64,000 bases of DNA. It comes from a virus. Lineage: Duplodnaviria; Caudoviricetes. Below the pieces are notes generated by a model that ran no database searches, was not told the DNA's origin, and saw only the letters and a list, made by a program, of their open reading frames with translations. Both the position numbers and the translations under genes were made by a program. Where the stretch lies: positions 1 to 64,000 of IMG/VR virus record IMGVR_UViG_3300032265_002598; one strand, given 5' to 3'. Shown in pieces: positions 57,554 through 64,000 of the stretch; the first letter of the stretch is position 1; every line of letters begins with the position of its first letter.

Positions 57554-59559
57554 ATAATGGTCTTTTTAATATAACATCTTTACAAACTAATTCTACTATT
57601 AGTTCTAGTATATTATCTACTACTAATATTGCTAGTAATATTTTAATGCCTCAAGGACAATCCCAGAATAGAGGCATTGGTGTTAATTATGATAATCTAG
57701 TTTTTTTACTTGATACTAGATTAGAGGCTGATAATAATTTTAGTTTTTCATTAGGTTCTATTGTTGATGTATTTGTTGATTGGGGTGATGGAACTAGAGA
57801 AACTTTTAAAACAACAGGAACAAAGAGTCACACCTACTCAAGTAGGGGAAGATACATTATTCAAATTGGTGGAATATTAAATAGTATAACTTTTACATCT
57901 ATGTTAGGTAGAAATAAATTAGTTAGCTGTTTATCATTTGGGAATTTATCAAAATTAGGATCTTGCTGTTTTAATGGTTGTGCTAATCTAATAAGTGTTC
58001 CAAATCAAATTCCAAGAACATTTACTGTTTTAAATAGTATGTTCGCATCTTGTACTAATTTTAATGATAGCAATGTTTGTTCTTGGGATACTAGTAATAT
58101 AACAGATATGGCTTTAGTTTTTAGTGGTGCTAGCAATTTTAATAAACCTTTAAATAGTTGGAATACTAAAAAAGTTACAGCTATGAATAGCATGTTTGGT
58201 CAATCTGGTTTCAACCAACCAATAGGTTCTTGGGATGTTAGTAAAGTAACAAATTTTAGTAATATGTTTAATCAAGTATATACTAATGGATTTAATCAAG
58301 ATATAGGACAATGGGATGTTAGTAGTGCTACAAATATGAGCCAAATGTTTTATGTTTCTACTAAATTTAATCAAAACCTAAATTCTTGGAATGTTAGTAA
58401 AGTTACTAATATGAACAATATGTTTTATCAAGCAGCGCTTTTTAATGGAAACATTACTAATTGGAATATTAGCTCTGTGACAAATATGGCTGGTATGTTT
58501 TTCCAAACTCCTTTTAATCAAAATATAGGATCTTGGAGCGTTAGTGGTGTTCAAAATATGGCTGGTATGTTTCAAGGAACAACAGCTTTTAGTCAAGATA
58601 TTAGTTCTTGGAATATTAAAGGACTTAATGCCACAGCAAGTTTTGATAATTTTTTGGCAACTAATTCTACTTTTGGAACAACAAATCTAAATGCTTTCTA
58701 TATAGCACTAAATACTAACAAGGCTAATTACAGAACTGATCTAAGACCAAGTTTTGGATCTAATACTTATTATGGAAGTAACAGTGCTGCTGCTACGGCG
58801 AGGGCAGCTTTAGTAACTTATGGTTGGACAATAACAGATGGAGGAACAACAACTGCGGCTCCAGATGCTCCAACTTCAGTAGCTGGTACCGCTGGCAATG
58901 CTCAAGTTTCTTTAACATGGACAGCTCCCACCTATAATAATGGAGCAGCAATAAGCGATTATACAGTACAATATAGTAGTAATTCTGGCTCAAGTTGGAC
59001 AACATTCAGTCACTCAGCTTCAGCTACAGCTTCTATAACAGTAACAGGACTGACTAATAGTACAGCCTATATATTTAGAGTTGCTGCTATAAATTCTGCT
59101 GGAACTGGAAGTTATTCAACTAATAGTTCTAGTGTAACACCAGTTGCCTCAACAACTACCACAACAACCGCCACCCCATCATACTTCAATAGTTTTAATA
59201 CAACTTGGAATGCAATTGGATTTACTGGCGCTGGAACATCTAGTTCACCATACACACGCACCGGTTATGGTTCTAATATGATTCCAGCCCAAGCTACTGT
59301 AGTATCAGCTGGAACCGTAAGAATAACAGGTCAAATGCATTCTGACTTTGGTGTTGATATTTTTAGAATTAGAAGCGGTGTTGCTACCAACGTTTATAGT
59401 TTAGCAGACACTTTCGGCGGTAATGGTGGTAATTATACTATGAATGCAACAATCACAGTAGCTGCTGGTGATATAATTAGATTTGGTACTCCTGACGTTG
59501 GTGACTATTATGATTTAGGCGCTAATGGTAGCGTTACTATTAATATTTGGTATCAATAA
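57550..59559 (+). CDS. BspA-like DUF285 repeat protein with PKD-like and fibronectin type III domains
   Basis: GTG start overlapping upstream TGA; VDWGDG; WDVSKVTNFSNMF repeats; PDAPTSV...VSLTWTAP...YIFRVAAINSAG. Confidence 0.88.
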   Translation: MNNGLFNITSLQTNSTISSSILSTTNIASNILMPQGQSQNRGIGVNYDNLVFLLDTRLEADNNFSFSLGSIVDVFVDWGDGTRETFKTTGTKSHTYSSRGRYIIQIGGILNSITFTSMLGRNKLVSCLSFGNLSKLGSCCFNGCANLISVPNQIPRTFTVLNSMFASCTNFNDSNVCSWDTSNITDMALVFSGASNFNKPLNSWNTKKVTAMNSMFGQSGFNQPIGSWDVSKVTNFSNMFNQVYTNGFNQDIGQWDVSSATNMSQMFYVSTKFNQNLNSWNVSKVTNMNNMFYQAALFNGNITNWNISSVTNMAGMFFQTPFNQNIGSWSVSGVQNMAGMFQGTTAFSQDISSWNIKGLNATASFDNFLATNSTFGTTNLNAFYIALNTNKANYRTDLRPSFGSNTYYGSNSAAATARAALVTYGWTITDGGTTTAAPDAPTSVAGTAGNAQVSLTWTAPTYNNGAAISDYTVQYSSNSGSSWTTFSHSASATASITVTGLTNSTAYIFRVAAINSAGTGSYSTNSSSVTPVASTTTTTTATPSYFNSFNTTWNAIGFTGAGTSSSPYTRTGYGSNMIPAQATVVSAGTVRITGQMHSDFGVDIFRIRSGVATNVYSLADTFGGNGGNYTMNATITVAAGDIIRFGTPDVGDYYDLGANGSVTINIWYQ

Positions 59560-59780
59560 CACAAAGGAAAATTATGGGCGCAGAAATTACATATCCACAA
59601 AATACAACATATTGGATTATTACGGATGGCACCAATTATGGAGATGGAGTTACAGGAATTAATCAAGTAACAACAGTTGGTAATGGATGGACAATACATT
59701 GGCAAGGTACTAATTATGATGAATATATTATACAATGTCAAAATGTTAATATAGTACCAGAAATATCGCTTACCAGTTGA
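59547..59780 (+). CDS. hypothetical protein
   Basis: Follows BspA gene; AAGGA RBS. Confidence 0.65.
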   Translation: MVSITQRKIMGAEITYPQNTTYWIITDGTNYGDGVTGINQVTTVGNGWTIHWQGTNYDEYIIQCQNVNIVPEISLTS

Positions 59781-59863
59781 TTAGCCAATTAATTTTAAAA
59801 ACCGTACTCTTTGCTATAAGGTGTATTAAAGAATAGCCCTAATACACATAAAAGGATCAAATT

Positions 59864-60379
59864 ATGAGCTGGTCTATTGAAATACCTCTTATTGTTCGTA
59901 CATTGATTAATGATCTTACAGATCAGCCAGTTTATAGCGACGAAAGATTGATCCAAGTTATAACGGTTGCATCAAAATATGTCCAATTTGAGGTTACTTT
60001 AGATAATCAATATACTGTGGATGTATCTAATGGTACATTAACTCCAGACCCTTTAGATTATCATGATGATGTATTTATCGGTTTGGTTGCTTTAAAGAGC
60101 GCTTGTATTATCGATCAAAGTACAGTCAGAACTAAATCAGCAACCGAAGGTATCAGAGCTTCTCTTGGACCAGCCAGCCTAAGCGTACAAGGCAGTTTGG
60201 AAGGATTAAAGCTGTTATTAGAAACCGGTCCATGTGCTTTATATCAGGACTTAGTTCTTAATTGGAATGTACGAGATGCTAGTGCTGTTACTGCGGTGCT
60301 TAGTCCATTTGTTGGCAACAAGTTCAACCCAAGATACTTGCAGGGCAATACTTATCGTTCAAGATATTTTTATTCATGA
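59864..60379 (+). CDS. putative head-tail adaptor/neck protein
   Basis: IVRTLINDLTD..VYSDERL motif and position. Confidence 0.55.
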   Translation: MSWSIEIPLIVRTLINDLTDQPVYSDERLIQVITVASKYVQFEVTLDNQYTVDVSNGTLTPDPLDYHDDVFIGLVALKSACIIDQSTVRTKSATEGIRASLGPASLSVQGSLEGLKLLLETGPCALYQDLVLNWNVRDASAVTAVLSPFVGNKFNPRYLQGNTYRSRYFYS

Positions 60380-60394
60380 TGGGAGTAGATTATT

Positions 60395-60835
60395 ATGCCA
60401 GCAGCAGATTACAATTTCGCTATAGAAAAAGGAACAGCATTCGTTATCGCTTTTGAATATAGAGATGATATGAATGTACCTGTTGATATTACTAATTGGT
60501 GTGCTAGAATAAGATGGATAGAAGATCAGGCAACCCCCACAGTTAGAACTTTTGTAACGAATACACGAAGTAACGAATATGAATTCACAATAGAACCACT
60601 AATGGGCAAAATTCTATTAAAAATTCCAGCAGCTCAAACGGCACTATATAATTTTGGTACTGCCAGATATGATTTTGAGCTACAAGAACCTAATGATCTA
60701 TATAGTGGTGGTGGAAAAAAAGTTTTCAGAATATTACAAGGAGGTGTCTCTTTAGTTTCTAGAAATGTTCCTGGTACAGACGCATTTGAATGCAATATTG
60801 ACACACAGAATGATTGTGGGACATGTGACACATGA
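60395..60835 (+). CDS. virion structural/adaptor protein, paralog of 46626..47033
   Basis: YNFAIEKGTAF...DITNWCARI...YDFELQ. Confidence 0.7.
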   Translation: MPAADYNFAIEKGTAFVIAFEYRDDMNVPVDITNWCARIRWIEDQATPTVRTFVTNTRSNEYEFTIEPLMGKILLKIPAAQTALYNFGTARYDFELQEPNDLYSGGGKKVFRILQGGVSLVSRNVPGTDAFECNIDTQNDCGTCDT

Positions 60836-63800
60836 GCATAGTTAGAGTAGAAGAAGAAATACAACCACTTAAATATCTGGTTATAACACATGAAGTAGAC
60901 CCAGAAACTGTTATTACTACTAATGTAATTATAACAGACAATAGATTAAATAAAATAAATCTTCTAGCTATTGAGAGAGGAACACAAGGAAATACAGGTC
61001 CGACTGGTCCAAAAGGTGATCCTGGTAAAGATGGTTTAATATTCGATAAATTGCCTATTTCTAGTGGCGGAACTAATAATACTTCTTTTTCCAGTGGTAA
61101 TATAATTTACTATGATGGTAATAAATTATCTAGCTCTAACTATAGTGTTCAAAATATTTTAGATTCTGCTGGAGCAAATGCTTCTGTTACCGGAGTGATC
61201 AATGGTCTTGGACTATATAGAGATATTGCTGGAAAAACAGTTACTCTCGGAATTAATCCTGGTGAAGGTTTATTAATTAATGATGCTAATCAAATCGCAG
61301 TAGATGATACTATTGTTCGTCGTGTAGAACTAGATTTGGGTGGTATTCAAGGAATGGTTCCAATCAGCAAAGGTGGAACTAACAACTCAAGTTTTACTGG
61401 TAATAGACTACTATACTATGATGGTCTTAAAATTTCATCATTTCCGCTCAATACTGGAACTATACTTCTTAGCGGAACAAAAATCAATATAGTAGCAGGA
61501 TCTGGTCTTACTGGAGGAGGAGATCTTACTTTGCCTAATGGGTCGGTAGTTCTCAATATTACCGGATCAGAAGATATTCTAGTTACTAATGATTCTATTT
61601 CTTTATCCCCTACTGGGGTTCCAGGAACCTATAGTAAAGTTACAACAGACTCAAGAGGAAGAGTAGTTTCTGGGAGCAGTCTTAGTTCTGCTGATATATT
61701 AGCTATATTAGGATATACTCCTTGGCATCCTGGTAATGATGGCTCTGGTTCTGGTCTTGATGCTGACCTATTAGATGGTTTTAGTTCATCTGTATTCTTT
61801 GATCTAAGTACTCATACTGGAACAATAGGTAATACTAACTTACCAATTCAAACTACTGCCGGAACATATACTAAGATTCAAGTCAATGATCGCGGTATAG
61901 TTATTAATGGACAAAATAATACATACAATGATATTGTACAAGCACTAGGGTATCGTCCAGTATCAATTTCTGGAGATACTATTTATGGTCCTATTACCAT
62001 TAATGGAGACGTTAATCTTAATAGTGATAATTTAATAGTCAAAGATAATATTCCAGTTTTTGGAACAAATTCTTCTTCTATTCTTCCTAGCGAACCAAGA
62101 GGATTTAGTTTCATTTATGGCGGAGCAACCCAAAGAACTGGTATTCTAGCTTACTATCCAGCACAACAAGAACTCAGACTAGTAACGAATATCACAGCTG
62201 ATCCTGCTAATGTCAATGGAGGCACATCTACTAATGCTTTTGCAGATGATATAAATGGAGGAGACCAAAATGCTGTTTATCTGATGGGAAATTTAAATGG
62301 TGATCCAAATATTGTTTTGTTTAGAGGAATAGCTGATAATATTTATATTAGTCGTCTCAATCCTCAAGTTGTTAGTGGATTAAAGAGATTTGCTGATGGA
62401 ATTAGTGTTAACGGACAGGTATCTATTATTTCTAATGCTACACAGGGCGATCCTCCATTAAATATTGGTGGCAATAACAATATGGTAGTAAATCTTAATT
62501 CTGATTTATTACATGGTCACCCAGGAACATATTATACAGAAGCGTTTAATATGACTGGATTATTTGATTATCGCAAAGTAGAATTTAATAGTCTAGAGGG
62601 GGATCTAGGATATATTCCTAGATTTGATGAAAGAACTAGAGATCCTAGTCGTACTATTAGTAATTCATATATTCGTCAAACTGGTAATGTTATTCAAGTT
62701 ACCTCAGATGCTAATGTCTCAATAGGTTCCACAAATACCGGATTGACTGATGCTAATAGATCTCTTCTTGTTGGAGCCAATAATAAGACCTATTCTGATA
62801 ACGGATTAGCAGTAGGTAGTTATAATATTGTTTCTGGCAATAATAGTGTGGCTTTGAATGTTGGATCAAAAGCACTAAATTCAAGCTCTATAGCTGCTGG
62901 TAATTATGGATACACATGGGCAAATAATCAGTTTAGTTTTGGAGCATTTTCTGAAACAGACACAGCAAACAATGCTTCAGCACAAGGACAATTCTCCACT
63001 ATAGCTCTTTATCTTAATGGAACAGAAACAAATGGCTCATGGTATACTATGAGTCCTCCAATATCTATACCTAAAAATAAAACAATAGCATATAATCTAG
63101 AAATTCTTTTAAATAAGGCTGCCGGAACAGGAGCAGCTCTTTTTTCTTTTTCTAGTGGTATTATTAAAAATAGTACTTTTAGAGATCCAAATAATATCAC
63201 TTCAATCATAAATATGACCTCTGTATTAAAAGATAGTACAAAGCAAGAGATATATAATGATTCCCAACAAAGAACACATTATTTTCATTACAAATTAGAC
63301 AATGACACAGAGATACAGAATGTTAAGGTTTCTAATCCTCCTCTACAAACACTACCAGTATTAGCTCAAAACACAGAATCTTTGTACAAGTATACGCCAG
63401 AATATTTAAGCTTGTCAGGGAATTATGTAAAAACAAACTCTGGCAATGTATTATTGTCTCTGCAAAAACCTCTTTCTAATGGTTGGTTTTATCAAAATAT
63501 TAATAATCCAAATCTTTTTATAAGATCATATAATCATGCACTAGTAACTGGTTGTGCGGTTAATTTAAATATGTTAACTGGTAGTATACGAAGACCATTA
63601 ACTAAACCATATACTGTTCTTAATATTATAGATAAACACAATTTTACAGTTGCCGAACATTCGTGGAAAGGTTATTTTCTAACTAATAATTTTTTTGTTT
63701 TAGACCCAAAAGAAGTTGCAGAAACTGATCAGATTAATTTGGTTAAAATATCTGGTAATATTTATACTGGTGGAAATACATTATCTTATACAACTACTAA

Positions 63801-64000
63801 TCCAATAGGTTCTATTTTTTCTGGTATGTTAGTTTCTTTTGGCCCAGATCCAGAAACCTATCCTGATAGCTTGGCTCAGACAGGTAAGATTATTAGTGTG
63901 ACTAGTGATACTATTACGTTTACTCCCAATTTTACTGGCATTTATGATGGCTTTTCAATTTATGGTCCAGGATTTTGTAAGATCACCAATCATAGTCGTT
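60832..64000 (+). CDS. large fibre protein (more than 1050 aa, truncated by window end)
   Basis: Not in track; ATG at 60832 overlapping TGA; short collagen-like GTQGNTGPTGPKGDPG, YSKVTTDSRGRVV, GSGSGLDADLLDG; frame spot-checked open to 64000. Confidence 0.85.
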   Translation, partial: MSIVRVEEEIQPLKYLVITHEVDPETVITTNVIITDNRLNKINLLAIERGTQGNTGPTGPKGDPGKDGLIFDKLPISSGGTNNTSFSSGNIIYYDGNKLSSSNYSVQNILDSAGANASVTGVINGLGLYRDIAGKTVTLGINPGEGLLINDANQIAVDDTIVRRVELDLGGIQGMVPISKGGTNNSSFTGNRLLYYDGLKISSFPLNTGTILLSGTKINIVAGSGLTGGGDLTLPNGSVVLNITGSEDILVTNDSISLSPTGVPGTYSKVTTDSRGRVVSGSSLSSADILAILGYTPWHPGNDGSGSGLDADLLDGFSSSVFFDLSTHTGTIGNTNLPIQTTAGTYTKIQVNDRGIVINGQNNTYNDIVQALGYRPVSISGDTIYGPITINGDVNLNSDNLIVKDNIPVFGTNSSSILPSEPRGFSFIYGGATQRTGILAYYPAQQELRLVTNITADPANVNGGTSTNAFADDINGGDQNAVYLMGNLNGDPNIVLFRGIADNIYISRLNPQVVSGLKRFADGISVNGQVSIISNATQGDPPLNIGGNNNMVVNLNSDLLHGHPGTYYTEAFNMTGLFDYRKVEFNSLEGDLGYIPRFDERTRDPSRTISNSYIRQTGNVIQVTSDANVSIGSTNTGLTDANRSLLVGANNKTYSDNGLAVGSYNIVSGNNSVALNVGSKALNSSSIAAGNYGYTWANNQFSFGAFSETDTANNASAQGQFSTIALYLNGTETNGSWYTMSPPISIPKNKTIAYNLEILLNKAAGTGAALFSFSSGIIKNSTFRDPNNITSIINMTSVLKDSTKQEIYNDSQQRTHYFHYKLDNDTEIQNVKVSNPPLQTLPVLAQNTESLYKYTPEYLSLSGNYVKTNSGNVLLSLQKPLSNGWFYQNINNPNLFIRSYNHALVTGCAVNLNMLTGSIRRPLTKPYTVLNIIDKHNFTVAEHSWKGYFLTNNFFVLDPKEVAETDQINLVKISGNIYTGGNTLSYTTTNPIGSIFSGMLVSFGPDPETYPDSLAQTGKIISVTSDTITFTPNFTGIYDGFSIYGPGFCKITNHSR

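Noticed and set aside
63009-63209. Minus-strand 66-aa ORF and other short ORFs in 60.7-64 kb
   Set aside because: Lie inside the long + strand fibre ORF starting at 60832, which the track missed because it has no stop in the window.

Overview
This is a 64-kb fragment of a large tailed dsDNA phage genome (Caudoviricetes, standard genetic code); a Planctomycetota host is inferred. It has three zones. (1) 1-17.6 kb: densely packed, AT-rich minus-strand genes, mostly small hypotheticals plus ThyX, two metallophosphoesterases, ASCH, a PRTase-fold protein and a SAM methyltransferase. (2) 17.7-34.9 kb: a more GC-rich, minus-strand 'early'-type array of promoter-gene cassettes. It holds 7 canonical tRNAs (including a rare Ser-ACU), 2 aberrant tRNA-like RNAs, DUF932, a kinase-like protein, a bL12-CTD protein and several hyper-acidic miniproteins. 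(3) 35.7-64 kb: a plus-strand late module with a sigma factor, TerS candidate, Gmd, HNH, ERCC4, TerL, portal, protease/scaffold, decoration protein, major capsid, about 13 kb of fibre/adhesin genes with a GT2, a head-tail adaptor and a fibre gene running off the end. The most striking unexplained signals are all in zone 2: (a) 15 copies of a 78-bp element made of two 25-bp IHF-like palindromes at an invariant 53-bp spacing, bounding cassettes with strong sigma70 promoters; (b) 9-10 sigma54 -24/-12 consensus sites in both orientations; (c) two further dispersed repeat families; (d) a promoter-driven, about 490-nt, highly structured candidate ncRNA followed by a tRNA-like module. All coordinates were read by hand and no database searches were run.
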